Counted from the stretch's first letter, positions 9,130 to 18,992 are shown. The stretch: 64,000 bases of DNA from a virus (IMGVR_UViG_3300032053_000004:96001-160000), one strand, 5' to 3'. The notes: a model not told the origin generated them from the sequence alone. Numbers and translations: made by a program.

Positions 9130-9798
9130 ATGGGAACGATTGGTGGACAGGCATCGGGCGATTTTCGCCTCTCAACAAGTGCCCTGCGTATTCTGTATTC
9201 GCTCATAAAGGACTCAATTGAAGTTCTTGCGACGGATGCGTTTACTCAGGCAAACCCGTCTGTGGTGATCACGCCTTCAGCTCGTTCGACGACGCTTCCT
9301 GCTAACGTAAAGCGGGGCGTTCTCGGTGGGTCGATTGCGTTTGTTCGCCCAGACATTGGCTCGAACACCGTTGGTGGTGCGGCCGTTACGGGTGGTGGTG
9401 CATTCTTTGCACGTACTCGCCCTCTCGGTCTGTTCATCAACGATTCTCTGGGTAATGCCTATGAGAATACACCAGGCGTGGCATCCGGTAAGGGTCCATT
9501 CCTTCGCGGTGGCTCGATTGGATTGAAGGTCTATGAGACCCAGGTCCAGACGACTGTCGGTGGCGGCGTTGTTGGTACGGCGTTAGTTTATAACGTCGGT
9601 GATATCCTTTACGCTAGCGTAAATGGATTTGCCACCAATCGCTGGCAGGACTCATACGAGACGCAATGGATTACCGTTGCGACAACTGGTTCTGGCGCGG
9701 CTGGCGCGGCCATTGAGCCGGACGTAACTCGTGTTGGTGTTGTCATTTCGCCCCCGGATGCTAACAGCACCGAAATTTTCATAGCTCTCTATCTCTAA
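9130..9798 (+). CDS. Putative head decoration/cement protein
   Basis: SD AAGGAG; small, G/T/V-rich beta-type protein immediately upstream of MCP; elevated GC codon usage like MCP. Confidence 0.6.
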   Translation: MGTIGGQASGDFRLSTSALRILYSLIKDSIEVLATDAFTQANPSVVITPSARSTTLPANVKRGVLGGSIAFVRPDIGSNTVGGAAVTGGGAFFARTRPLGLFINDSLGNAYENTPGVASGKGPFLRGGSIGLKVYETQVQTTVGGGVVGTALVYNVGDILYASVNGFATNRWQDSYETQWITVATTGSGAAGAAIEPDVTRVGVVISPPDANSTEIFIALYL

Positions 9799-9823
9799 TA
9801 GATAGAAGGAGAAAGCATACCAA

Positions 9824-10708
9824 ATGTTCGGCGTTCAAGCAGTTGATAACTCCGTTAAGGAGTCAGTCGTTGACAAATTCATTGGTAGCCCGTCAGGACG
9901 TAAGCGTCTTGCGGCTTCCATGGTCCAGCCGCTCCGTGAGCGGAGGGACTACTCGTCCGTTGGCCGTAAGACCTTTTTGGTTGAACAGCTTCCGGATGGC
10001 GCTCTCCCGATTTACGATAAGGACCCCGATGTGGTCGCTTACGTGATCGGTGAGGAAGGCGAGTCGATCACCGCCGTGGCTAAGCCACGCCGTGTGATTT
10101 TCCCGCTTTTCGAGATCGCGGCCCTCCCCAAGGCCCCACTTACGCAGGTTAAGGAGCGTCGCTACGACCTTCTCAAGCGTATGCAGGATCTTGGTAAGGC
10201 TCAGATCCAGGCCGCAGAAGACGATCGAGTTTTCTCGATTCTCGATGCGATCGCGGTTAACGGATTCGACTCGCTTCCGGGCGGGACGAACCCGGATATC
10301 CCGGTTGTGGCTCCGCTCTCGCCGGCCGTCCTCGCGGACGCGTACGCCGAGATCGAGCGTCACGATCTCCGGGTGGCCCGCGTTTACCTGAACGCTACGG
10401 ATTATGCTGATATCCGTAAGTTCGGTCGCGACGTCCTGGACATTGAGTCCCAGGCGTCCCTCTGGAAGACCGGTATGATGGCAACTGGGTGGAACGCCCA
10501 GTTCATCGTGTCGCGTCTCGTTCCCGCAGGTGTCGTGTATTGTTGCTGCGAGCCCGAGAACTTCGGTCGAATCCCGGTCCGTACGGAGCTTACGGTTCTC
10601 TCGGCGGACAATCCCGAAGACCGGACAATCGGATTCTCGATGTTTGAGAACCTTGGGATTGGAGCATTCAATCCCCGCGGTCTCGTTCGTCTGATCATCA
10701 CCCGCTGA
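9824..10708 (+). CDS. Major capsid protein (HK97 fold)
   Basis: Strong SD AAGGAG, 294 aa, strongly biased codons, last gene of the head module and followed by terminators. EEGE E-loop-like segment and RxxxxIxxxED spine-helix-like segment. Confidence 0.8.
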   Translation: MFGVQAVDNSVKESVVDKFIGSPSGRKRLAASMVQPLRERRDYSSVGRKTFLVEQLPDGALPIYDKDPDVVAYVIGEEGESITAVAKPRRVIFPLFEIAALPKAPLTQVKERRYDLLKRMQDLGKAQIQAAEDDRVFSILDAIAVNGFDSLPGGTNPDIPVVAPLSPAVLADAYAEIERHDLRVARVYLNATDYADIRKFGRDVLDIESQASLWKTGMMATGWNAQFIVSRLVPAGVVYCCCEPENFGRIPVRTELTVLSADNPEDRTIGFSMFENLGIGAFNPRGLVRLIITR

Positions 10709-10712
10709 AGAT

Positions 10713-10780
10713 GAGCCCGAAAGGGCTCTCTCAACTAAGCCCCGGCGGACTTTAGTTCACCGGGGCTTAGTTGTATTTTA
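10713..10780 (+). terminator. Hairpins and Rho-independent terminator after MCP
   Basis: GAGCCC-GAAA-GGGCTC, then a 14-bp stem CAACTAAGCCCCGG/CCGGGGCTTAGTTG (10732-10773) followed by TATTTT. Confidence 0.8.
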
Positions 10781-10811
10781 TATTAAATGGAATGTGATTA
10801 TATTATAAATA

Positions 10812-10841
10812 TAGATCCTGGTCCGACCGAACCAGGATCTA
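10812..10841. repeat. 11-bp inverted repeat
   Basis: TAGATCCTGGT-N8-ACCAGGATCTA. Confidence 0.6.
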
Positions 10842-11036
10842 ATGGAGAAAAGAGAAATTTTATCATAAATAGATGCACATTAAAGGCAGCTTTTTTCTTT
10901 ATCATGGAACAACAGTTAATCATGAGATGTCAACGACGACTCTAAAGAAGTAGTTATTTATATTAGAGGGAAAAAAGCCATACTTATTTCTGAAGAAGAG
11001 GCCAAAACTTTTGAAGTTCTCAGTGTATAGTGTAGT

Positions 11037-11348
11037 ATGAGATCGATTTTAATTGAAGATGGTGATATATTTATAATTCTTAAAAAACGGAAGGAATCTA
11101 TGGTTCCTACCATTAAAATTGAAAATGAGTCAGGACTCTTAGGGATGATCTCCAAGTTTTCTTTTGAGATTTCTGCAGATAAATTTGTTCCTAAGATTGA
11201 GGTTGATGTTTGTTCAGATCTCACAGAAGAAGCTTGGAAAAATCTGTCTGAGTCTTCTAAAGAAGTTATATTCAAGACGGTCGGTGCCTTCTTCAATTTT
11301 ACCGGGGTAAAGATTTTGTCTCCGAACTACAAAGAAGAAATTAAATGA
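11037..11348 (+). CDS. Hypothetical protein
   Basis: ORF with TATAGT 5 nt upstream of ATG; its stop overlaps the next start. Confidence 0.6.
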   Translation: MRSILIEDGDIFIILKKRKESMVPTIKIENESGLLGMISKFSFEISADKFVPKIEVDVCSDLTEEAWKNLSESSKEVIFKTVGAFFNFTGVKILSPNYKEEIK

Positions 11349-11899
11349 AATTAAAAAGTTTTTCCGGACTGACCCGTAGAAGTGCATATGAGAAATATGA
11401 GTCAGACCAAAGTTTAGCAACGGAAGAAATTCCCACTCCTGAAGATTTGTCTGAAGAACAAAAAGATATATATCGTCAAATATATGCATCGTCAAATAAT
11501 CGGAACTTAGGATTCACAGAATCCATGGCAGATGTTATTTCTCGAAGTCCTGAATTATATAAACAATTTCTGGAAAAACATCGACATTTTACCATTAATA
11601 CCATCGGGTGCTTATTAGCCAACAATCCGAATCTTCAATCTCTTTCCCATGATGTTTTGATACAAGTTCTCTCCCTCCCTGGGGATGAGATCAGTTCTAT
11701 TTCTCAAATTTCTCACTGTTTACAGAGTTCTAATTACAAATTAACCCGAGAAGATGTCCCGGAACTTTTAGACATTGCTCATACAACAGAAGTTATAGGT
11801 AAAGAAACCATCATAGATGATTTGGAAAATCCCCAAGCATCGCAAGCATCAAACCCTGGATATTCTTCTCAACCTTTCCCAATGCAACCTCTTCGTTAA
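11345..11899 (+). CDS. Hypothetical protein
   Basis: 184-aa ORF coupled to the upstream gene. Confidence 0.65.
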   Translation: MKLKSFSGLTRRSAYEKYESDQSLATEEIPTPEDLSEEQKDIYRQIYASSNNRNLGFTESMADVISRSPELYKQFLEKHRHFTINTIGCLLANNPNLQSLSHDVLIQVLSLPGDEISSISQISHCLQSSNYKLTREDVPELLDIAHTTEVIGKETIIDDLENPQASQASNPGYSSQPFPMQPLR

Positions 11900-11922
11900 C
11901 TCTTTCATGCTGTTTTAAATAT

Positions 11923-13092
11923 GTGAACTTTTTTGACATCGCTCGAAAAATATTTTCAGCCGATCCCGAGAAGAAAAAGGGGCCGGGACCGGCAGCCGCA
12001 AAAACTCTTCTTAAAGAATTAATATCAGATCATTTAGACAAATTGGAGGAAGAACATCTGAAATCATCGGATGTTGAACCTCGGACTATTTCTCAACTCG
12101 AGCTCAATTTTCTTCTTAAAAAAATTAGAACTTCTCCTTATTACAGCATACTTTTTAAAGGTGATGACGAAAGATCTCATAAATTTGTTCAGGAATTTTT
12201 ATATGATTTAAATAAAGAAGACTTAAGGAAATCAAGGAAAAATAAAGAAAACTCAAGGAAAAAGGATCAGTGGATCATGGATTATTCAAGAGATCCGATT
12301 AAGCGTGCAAACGTTGCTTCTCTCATAAAACAGATCGCTTTTAAAATATCAAGCGATAGAACTCTTTCGAATTCTGTTCGAGATGCTTTCGTTTTTGACG
12401 CTGCCCAGGTAGTACCCGGGGAGCTTTCTAATGGCTTGTATGACACAAATCCTGCAGGAAAAGGATTTGACGTTCATGGTAAAAAAGGATTCGTATCTTT
12501 TGCTATAAAAGCAGACTCTTTTTCATCAAACTATTTAATAGGAGGGATTCTATTTAAATTAGAATATGACTCTAGCTTATATAAATCAGAATCTGATGAC
12601 TCTGGAAAATATCCCACTGGGCTCAAACATTCAAAGGGTTTGCAGACTGTCACATTTAGTACAAAAGCTGGATACTATAATAAACTTTTAGAAGGTGGTT
12701 ATTCTTCTCCTAAAGATTTAGGTGGATATATAATTGATCTTGATGATCAAGAAAATATAATCGATTCAATTATTGTTGATCCAGCTAAGTTTAAAGCTGG
12801 TGTTAATGGAATAGTAAATGATGTTCTTTCAAATCCTCCTCCCAGCTCTCAGTCTACTAAATATAAAGGTGTTGTTTTAAAAAAACAACAACAACAAATA
12901 GCACCGACAACTAGTGCAAGAGCACTCTTGCAGTGGATTGTAGGTCAAAAACAAACTGAAGTATTTGGTAGTCAAATAAATAATCTTGCTCAAGCTTTAT
13001 CTGCAGGGTCTGGATCTTCATTTGCAACAGAACACCAAAAAGTAACTGACTATTTCAAAAATCGTAATTGGGTGATAAATCATAATAAATGA
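11923..13092 (+). CDS. Hypothetical protein, possibly virion-internal
   Basis: 389-aa ORF carrying IARKIF and IAFKIS motifs like other putative head proteins. Confidence 0.6.
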   Translation: MNFFDIARKIFSADPEKKKGPGPAAAKTLLKELISDHLDKLEEEHLKSSDVEPRTISQLELNFLLKKIRTSPYYSILFKGDDERSHKFVQEFLYDLNKEDLRKSRKNKENSRKKDQWIMDYSRDPIKRANVASLIKQIAFKISSDRTLSNSVRDAFVFDAAQVVPGELSNGLYDTNPAGKGFDVHGKKGFVSFAIKADSFSSNYLIGGILFKLEYDSSLYKSESDDSGKYPTGLKHSKGLQTVTFSTKAGYYNKLLEGGYSSPKDLGGYIIDLDDQENIIDSIIVDPAKFKAGVNGIVNDVLSNPPPSSQSTKYKGVVLKKQQQQIAPTTSARALLQWIVGQKQTEVFGSQINNLAQALSAGSGSSFATEHQKVTDYFKNRNWVINHNK

Positions 13093-13355
13093 AAAATTAT
13101 TATGCGAAAGATGAGGGTTTGAATTGGGAAATGTCTCAGGCTTTGGCTGAGACATTTCTTAACGGTGCTAAGAAACTTCAGAATGCTGCAAAGCAAGAAG
13201 ATTCTCAAAAATTTTTGAGGATACTTATTATAATTTTTCAAGATTCTATTGATTTGTTTGAGCAAATGGGACTTAGTGGTGCTTCTTCTTCTATGAAGAC
13301 AGTTTTGAATAAACTTAAATCGGACAAAAGGGAAATATTAACTAAAGCTAAATAA
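13089..13355 (+). CDS. Hypothetical helical protein
   Basis: ATGA overlap with the upstream stop. Confidence 0.6.
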   Translation: MKNYYAKDEGLNWEMSQALAETFLNGAKKLQNAAKQEDSQKFLRILIIIFQDSIDLFEQMGLSGASSSMKTVLNKLKSDKREILTKAK

Positions 13356-13369
13356 CTGTAATTTTTCGT

Positions 13370-13591
13370 ATGAAAAATGGAGATTATTTTCGTGTAATAA
13401 ACGAAAAATCTAAATATTTTAATTATTATGGAAAAATAATTCGTTCAGGCCCTCCGGGGCAAGCTAAATGTTTAGTTCAAAATAGAAATATGGATTTGAG
13501 TGACGATATAGGAGGTATGGTTAATTTTGATTTATCGGAACTTATCATAGCAAATGATGAAGTTGAAACTTATAAGCTCTTAAATAGTTAA
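13370..13591 (+). CDS. Small hypothetical protein (SH3/KOW-like pattern)
   Basis: GDYFRVI...YYGKII pattern. Confidence 0.5.
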   Translation: MKNGDYFRVINEKSKYFNYYGKIIRSGPPGQAKCLVQNRNMDLSDDIGGMVNFDLSELIIANDEVETYKLLNS

Positions 13592-13782
13592 TTAAGTTCT
13601 TCGGAGCCTTCAAATAATTCTTTTTCAGCTAAAAGCTCAACTTTATACCCATCAGCGGTGAATTCTGAAATTACCCAGTCCATTTTTGAAACATAATCAG
13701 GGATACTATCTATGTCTAGAATACGTTCTTGAATACGTTCTTTTCCTTCTTTCTTTATTCTGAGAGTTATTAAAATCTTCAC
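13588..13782 (-). CDS. Hypothetical protein
   Basis: GTG start with TAAAGT 5 nt upstream; converges on the plus-strand block. Confidence 0.55.
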   Translation of the reverse strand: MKILITLRIKKEGKERIQERILDIDSIPDYVSKMDWVISEFTADGYKVELLAEKELFEGSEELN

Positions 13783-13807
13783 CCGGTACTTTACTGTCTT
13801 TCGGTTT

Positions 13808-14152
13808 TTAAACCGAAAGAAGAGCCATCGTCGTTTCTTCGTCGGAGGCTCGTCGGAGCTTTTCTAAAATAACTTCTTCTGGACCATAAAAAAAGAATAC
13901 TTCTCGTCCAAATTTATGATAAAATATTTCTCGTCCTTCTGCCTTTTCTTGAAAATTCACGCCTCTTAAGAAAATATTGTAAGGGCTGCTCGTATCAGAT
14001 TCTTTTCTATATTTGTTGGCCCTGTCAGATAAAGTTGAGTCTGACAGTTTATATAATAATCTTTCCCCTATACTCTCGTCCGTAACATTTTTCCCAGCTA
14101 TGGAAGTTAGTCTTCGGAATTCTTTATCTATTGATTTCGACTGCTTTACCAT
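13808..14152 (-). CDS. Hypothetical protein
   Basis: 114-aa ORF with its own sigma70-like promoter. Confidence 0.65.
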   Translation of the reverse strand: MVKQSKSIDKEFRRLTSIAGKNVTDESIGERLLYKLSDSTLSDRANKYRKESDTSSPYNIFLRGVNFQEKAEGREIFYHKFGREVFFFYGPEEVILEKLRRASDEETTMALLSV

Positions 14153-14157
14153 ATACT

Positions 14158-14186
14158 AATATACAATTTTCGATCTCTCATTTACA
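14158..14186 (-). promoter_or_regulatory. Sigma70-like promoter, near-leaderless
   Basis: TGTAAA-N17-TATATT-N5-ATG on the minus strand. Confidence 0.55.
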
Positions 14187-14190
14187 AAGA

Positions 14191-14514
14191 CTAAGAGTCA
14201 ACGACTTCTTCGCATAAAGCTTCATTCATCATTTTCTCAATTTCTTCTTTTTCCATTCCCGATTTAATTGCTGCTTTCATTGCTTCATTAAGGGCAAATT
14301 TTGGATTAATAAAATTTCCGAAATTTGTATTTCCAATAGTTATATGTTGCCCTCCAGGCATTCCATTATATGGGATAGTTTGTTGACCCATCGGATCTAT
14401 TATCCAAGTTCCGTTCATATTCGGATATATAGCGGTATCCCCAATAGTAATCGTTGTTTGAGAAATATTTGTTGATGTTTGAGGAATATACAAGTTGTGA
14501 TCACCTAATGACAT
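14191..14514 (-). CDS. Hypothetical protein
   Basis: SD GGAGG 5 nt before ATG. Confidence 0.65.
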   Translation of the reverse strand: MSLGDHNLYIPQTSTNISQTTITIGDTAIYPNMNGTWIIDPMGQQTIPYNGMPGGQHITIGNTNFGNFINPKFALNEAMKAAIKSGMEKEEIEKMMNEALCEEVVDS

Positions 14515-14532
14515 GTTGGCCTCCGTAAAACT

Positions 14533-16461
14533 TTACTTTTCTTGAGCAAATCCTCCTAGTGGGGTGACTTGCTCTTCGTCATTTATCTCGTATGGGGATA
14601 TGTCTCTTGATGGAATGAAGTCATCATCTTCAGACCCTTTCCCATTTACTCCAGGTTTTCCATAAACAGGCTGCTCTTTTTTCCCCTTAATTAATTCTTC
14701 TTCGGTTATCCAGCCTCGATTTCCCATAACATCCATATTCATTCTTAAAAATAGCATTCTGTCTTGCGATAACTCAGATCCTTCCACAAATTTAACAGAT
14801 TTCGGGTTCGGGAGAATAGACGCTAAAAACATTGATTGGCTGAGACTTAGTTGATAAGGCTCTTTCTTAAAATAATAATAGGATGCTGGTCCTATTCCGT
14901 ATAAATTCGGACCATATTCGATTATGTTTAGATAGGTTTCTATAATTTGGTCTTTAGATAAAGACTGTTCAAGCCATTTGGCTAAAACAAGCTCTTGTAA
15001 TTTTCTCGCGATGTTTTTATTTCTATCTAGCCAAAGATTTTTGGCTAATTGCATTGTTATAGTGCTTCCTCCTCGTATAAATTTCCCGAACACTAAATTA
15101 TCTCTTAAAGAACCTTCTAAGGCTTGAAATATGATCCCGCCATGCTTTCGAAACCCCGGATCTTCGAATAATCGAACTCCTAATTCTACATATGGAGACA
15201 TTTCGGATATTGGAGTCCAGTCAGATGTCCCTGGACCTACAATAACTTCTTTCGGTTTCCCGTCTGAAGAGTATATCTTATGCTTAAATGTCTTTCTAAA
15301 TCTTTTCGTATCAAGTTCTTCTGGAACTTTTGTTATACTGCAGTCTATTTTTTGTTGAATCCAAGCGTCTGATTTGCTTAATCTTCCAAAATTCTTGTAA
15401 TCATATAATATTTTTATTTTTCCTTTTATTTTTCCATCAGATTCAATCCCTTTAATTTTTTCGTTCATTCCATCGGGAATTGAGTCTAGCAAATTTTGAC
15501 AAGGAGTTTCGGGTAAATCAATTTCGAAAAGAATTAAATATTTATCCTTGCTGAAAGATATCGGTGTTTTAATTTTCATGAATTCTAACATATTATCTGT
15601 GTGTAATATTGTTCCATCTAAACTTATATGCCCTGTTGTTTCTATTTTAAATTTTGGTATATCTATGGTCTCTTTGGATAAAACCCTATGGTTTATCTTG
15701 ATCGGACCAATTTCCGCATTTGTTTTGAATTCTATTTTTTCTCCTTCATCTAATTTTAAAAATATGTTAGAATCTATAGATGTACATTCTAAATCCACAA
15801 GTTTGGGAGGATTTTCTTTTGAACATTCTTTCAATAGTTTAAAAGAGATCCCAGACTCATTCGGATTTATTGATATTTTTGCTGGTCCATAAGAATTTAT
15901 GGAGAAAGATTCAATTTCTGTTTTGAATTTAGATACTTTTTCATAAATTCTAAAAAGTTTTTCTAAATTTCTCGGTTCTTCTGATTTTTCTTTTTTCTTA
16001 GTTTTTATTGATAACTCTTTGGAATTTATAGATTTTATTTGTTTTTGATTCAATTCTATTTTTGTATTTTTTGAATTTATAACGAAAGACTCATTCTCAA
16101 ATAAAATTCTTTCCATATCTATGAATATTTGTTCTCCAATTTTCTTTATATTCCGAACATTAGTTATGAATTTTCCTCTCTTATCAGTATAAATAACCTC
16201 TCCTGCTCCTGTCTCTATATTTTGACTTGTAAAATTAATCTTTAATAGTTTGAATTTAGCGTTATTTTTATTTTTATCAAATACTTGAACATCTGATATT
16301 TTCACTTCATGCAGAGACGGCCAAGCCCACCCCATCTTTACTTCTAAATCAAATTCTTGAGCTTTTGCTTTAATTTTTGTATGAGCAAAAGAATTAAACC
16401 AAATTAAAGCGATTGATATTATTATGAATAGGAATATTGAAAACTTGATCAGTTTTTTCAC
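14533..16461 (-). CDS. Membrane-anchored monofunctional peptidoglycan transglycosylase (GT51, MtgA-like) with large periplasmic N-terminal region
   Basis: GT51 motifs FEDPGFRKHGG, GGSTITMQLAKN, RKLQE, KDQIIETYLN and LSQSMFLASILPNP. N-terminal hydrophobic helix; no transpeptidase domain. Start is probably GTG 16461 (track: TTG 16488). Confidence 0.85.
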   Translation of the reverse strand: MKKLIKFSIFLFIIISIALIWFNSFAHTKIKAKAQEFDLEVKMGWAWPSLHEVKISDVQVFDKNKNNAKFKLLKINFTSQNIETGAGEVIYTDKRGKFITNVRNIKKIGEQIFIDMERILFENESFVINSKNTKIELNQKQIKSINSKELSIKTKKKEKSEEPRNLEKLFRIYEKVSKFKTEIESFSINSYGPAKISINPNESGISFKLLKECSKENPPKLVDLECTSIDSNIFLKLDEGEKIEFKTNAEIGPIKINHRVLSKETIDIPKFKIETTGHISLDGTILHTDNMLEFMKIKTPISFSKDKYLILFEIDLPETPCQNLLDSIPDGMNEKIKGIESDGKIKGKIKILYDYKNFGRLSKSDAWIQQKIDCSITKVPEELDTKRFRKTFKHKIYSSDGKPKEVIVGPGTSDWTPISEMSPYVELGVRLFEDPGFRKHGGIIFQALEGSLRDNLVFGKFIRGGSTITMQLAKNLWLDRNKNIARKLQELVLAKWLEQSLSKDQIIETYLNIIEYGPNLYGIGPASYYYFKKEPYQLSLSQSMFLASILPNPKSVKFVEGSELSQDRMLFLRMNMDVMGNRGWITEEELIKGKKEQPVYGKPGVNGKGSEDDDFIPSRDISPYEINDEEQVTPLGGFAQEK

Positions 16462-16474
16462 ATGAGAAAGTACA

Positions 16475-17026
16475 TCACGAAGCTGCAATTTTTGCTGCTA
16501 TGACCCGAATTTTTTCTTGAACTTCGTGGATTAAAGCAATTTTCTTTATAGAACCTGTTCTCCCCATATCGTTTATTATTTCTTTCGCAACTGATCCTAT
16601 CAGATCTGTTGTTATATACTTCTTTACGATTTTTTCAAGATATGGGTCATCTTCTTGTTCTGAAAAAGGTATTTCACTTGGTGGAACTGGTTTTGCTGCA
16701 AGTGCGTAATCGAGATCACCTTGCAGTTTTCTTACCATCAATTTTAAAGTAGAATCTTTTGGTCTAATAAAAATATCTTTAACTATTGAATTACTAATTT
16801 CGTCATCTAGTATTCTTTCCGCATCTTGACGAATTTTAACCGGGTCTTTTTGACTTTTTGCTGGCATACCTTGAGTTATATTTTGAAATATTAAATTGAC
16901 TAATGTTTCATTTAATGAATCTAAAGCGTCGTATATAGCTCCTTCTATTAATTTGGTTCCAAATTCTTTTTGAAGATAGTCTTGTAAATCGTGGCTGAGT
17001 GCAGCAATTCTTCCCATGAAAACCAC
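16475..17026 (-). CDS. Hypothetical protein
   Basis: 183-aa ORF ending in IAAKIAAS. Confidence 0.6.
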   Translation of the reverse strand: MVFMGRIAALSHDLQDYLQKEFGTKLIEGAIYDALDSLNETLVNLIFQNITQGMPAKSQKDPVKIRQDAERILDDEISNSIVKDIFIRPKDSTLKLMVRKLQGDLDYALAAKPVPPSEIPFSEQEDDPYLEKIVKKYITTDLIGSVAKEIINDMGRTGSIKKIALIHEVQEKIRVIAAKIAAS

Positions 17027-17040
17027 AATTTACAAGAATT

Positions 17041-17328
17041 TTATGCTTCAAGCATTTCTCTGGTCAGAAGAATTTCCTTTAGTGGAAACTCACTCTCCCA
17101 GTCTATACTTATCCTAGATCCATCCCAAATCATGGGGACTGAGATATCATCCGTAAGGAGACGCCCGGAGAACGATCTCAGGTATTCCATTGTCTCTATG
17201 AGATCGTCTGGACACTCTATAGATATTTCGTTTGAAGACGCGTCCGTTAGGAGAATATTATATATCCCATTGGAATGAGGTCCTTTCGGCTGCAGTCTAG
17301 TGATTTCGATTAATTTATAATTTTTCAT
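17041..17328 (-). CDS. Hypothetical protein
   Basis: 95-aa ORF with its own promoter. Confidence 0.6.
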   Translation of the reverse strand: MKNYKLIEITRLQPKGPHSNGIYNILLTDASSNEISIECPDDLIETMEYLRSFSGRLLTDDISVPMIWDGSRISIDWESEFPLKEILLTREMLEA

Positions 17329-17333
17329 AAAAT

Positions 17334-17362
17334 ATTTTACTCTTGAATAGATTTGATTTACA
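17334..17362 (-). promoter_or_regulatory. Sigma70-like promoter, near-leaderless
   Basis: TGTAAA-N17-TAAAAT-N5-ATG on the minus strand. Confidence 0.6.
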
Positions 17363-17389
17363 TGGACTTTTGATAATCTTTTGTATCTG

Positions 17390-17848
17390 ATGACACCCGA
17401 TCAAGTTGCCAAGGCTCTTCTCCAAATTGCTGATGGGATTGAGAAATCGAAGAAGCCTCAAGTTTCTTTGGTGGCTCAAGATATATCTAAAGTTATTTCT
17501 GAGATTAGCGCTTCCCCTATTCAGATAAGGAAAGCCGCTTGGAGGGTAAGTGGGCCCCCCGCTTCTTTCACTGTTCGTTCTTCTAAAAAATCTGCGGAAG
17601 AAACCTGTCGCAGAATAGCTGGCTTGATGATGCGTCTTGCAGAAGACGAGGAACTTGGTCCTTGGGATTTAGAAGAAGGCGAGCGAACTGAAGATAAATG
17701 GGAAGACGCTCGTAAAGAAACTTCAAACGAGGAAAAACTCGAGTCTAAGTTGAAATTTCTTAAGCGCCAAATAGATAAATTTATAAGTGCTATTAAGAGT
17801 GGTGAAGAACCTGAGGGAGAATCTGAAGTTTTTACTTCCGCTAAATAA
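17390..17848 (+). CDS. Divergent member of the MKPSQ-leader family
   Basis: MTPDQVAKALLQIADGIEKSKKPQVSLVAQDISKVISEIS aligns without gaps to the 40-aa leader. Confidence 0.7.
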   Translation: MTPDQVAKALLQIADGIEKSKKPQVSLVAQDISKVISEISASPIQIRKAAWRVSGPPASFTVRSSKKSAEETCRRIAGLMMRLAEDEELGPWDLEEGERTEDKWEDARKETSNEEKLESKLKFLKRQIDKFISAIKSGEEPEGESEVFTSAK

Positions 17849-17921
17849 TATTTTAAAGCTTTTATAACCGACGTTCCATCATTACAGTACAATTTATCAG
17901 GCCAATAAGGAGGTCTGATAG

Positions 17922-18968
17922 ATGGAAGCTATTATTTGGAAACGTGGTGATTATCAAAAGTTTTACGCCAATATGAAAGTGCGTATTGGCGCTAATACTC
18001 ATAATCTTGTTGCTATTGAAGCTGGAGACGAACTTGAATATGATGGGACTATGCTCCGCTATGCTGGAGCAGAGGTTCCCCAACCTTCACTTCGTGGGGC
18101 GGTGAAGGCTGGATGGCTTTCTTCCGCTTCCGATCAACAAGGCGTCCATATAGCTACTACTAACCCAAGTAGGAACATAGCTAAAGCTCAAACAGTTAAT
18201 ACTGATCTTTCCCGAGTCCAGCGTGGAGTTCCGAGGGTTATGGAGACGGATTCTCTTGATGAAGAGACTGTTCTTCGAGTTGATGATCGCGGGCGTGATA
18301 ATGGGACTAGGCACGGGGACCGGAAAATTTTGACATCCTCGGATCGTCGTTCTGTTAGGGGCATGGAAGTACAAAATAGTGCTGATGATTCTCAAGATGG
18401 GGCCCCTGTTGGTCGTATCAGATCAGCGGCAAAAGCTTCTTTTGATGTTTCAAAAGATACTGCGTATAGCAATACGATGAGGAAGTTGAATGAGCCTGAT
18501 GCAATAGGTAAGGCTAAAATAAATAAAATTACTAGAGAAGGTGTTGAAATAACTACTAATGTCGGGAGAGTCGACCGAACAATTACGGAAGATATCGGAG
18601 ATGAAGGGGTAACCGTTGCCTCAGTCCGTCATACCTCTAGAGCATCAAGCGAAGGTATTGATATAGAGGATACTAGTGGAACTCATCGGAAAGCCGATAA
18701 GAAATCTCAAAAAGTAGAATCGTATAGAAATGAAACAACGGATCTGGTAATAAATACGAAAATCCCTGCAAGGGTTAGAATTGCTAGACACATAGACCCC
18801 AGTTTCCCGGCCAGTTGGCCCTTTGAAGGGAAAATGGCGGAGAGACTTGAACGTGTGAAGAACTATGACTCACTTTCTCCTCTTTTCCTCGAGGCTCTTT
18901 ATGCGGCCGAAGGCGATAATTTTAGGAAAGTTCTCCATACTGAATATTCAAAACAATTTCCTAAGTAA
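17922..18968 (+). CDS. Hypothetical protein, probably highly expressed or structural
   Basis: Strong SD AAGGAGG; 348 aa with a charged, disordered middle. Confidence 0.6.
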   Translation: MEAIIWKRGDYQKFYANMKVRIGANTHNLVAIEAGDELEYDGTMLRYAGAEVPQPSLRGAVKAGWLSSASDQQGVHIATTNPSRNIAKAQTVNTDLSRVQRGVPRVMETDSLDEETVLRVDDRGRDNGTRHGDRKILTSSDRRSVRGMEVQNSADDSQDGAPVGRIRSAAKASFDVSKDTAYSNTMRKLNEPDAIGKAKINKITREGVEITTNVGRVDRTITEDIGDEGVTVASVRHTSRASSEGIDIEDTSGTHRKADKKSQKVESYRNETTDLVINTKIPARVRIARHIDPSFPASWPFEGKMAERLERVKNYDSLSPLFLEALYAAEGDNFRKVLHTEYSKQFPK

Positions 18969-18992
18969 ACCATTTATCGGCTCGTCTGAACG

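Noticed and set aside
13797-13820. 11-bp inverted repeat TCTTTCGGTTT/AAACCGAAAGA as an operator
   Set aside because: It is a single occurrence at a gene end and is more simply an A/T-rich hairpin; no second copy was found.
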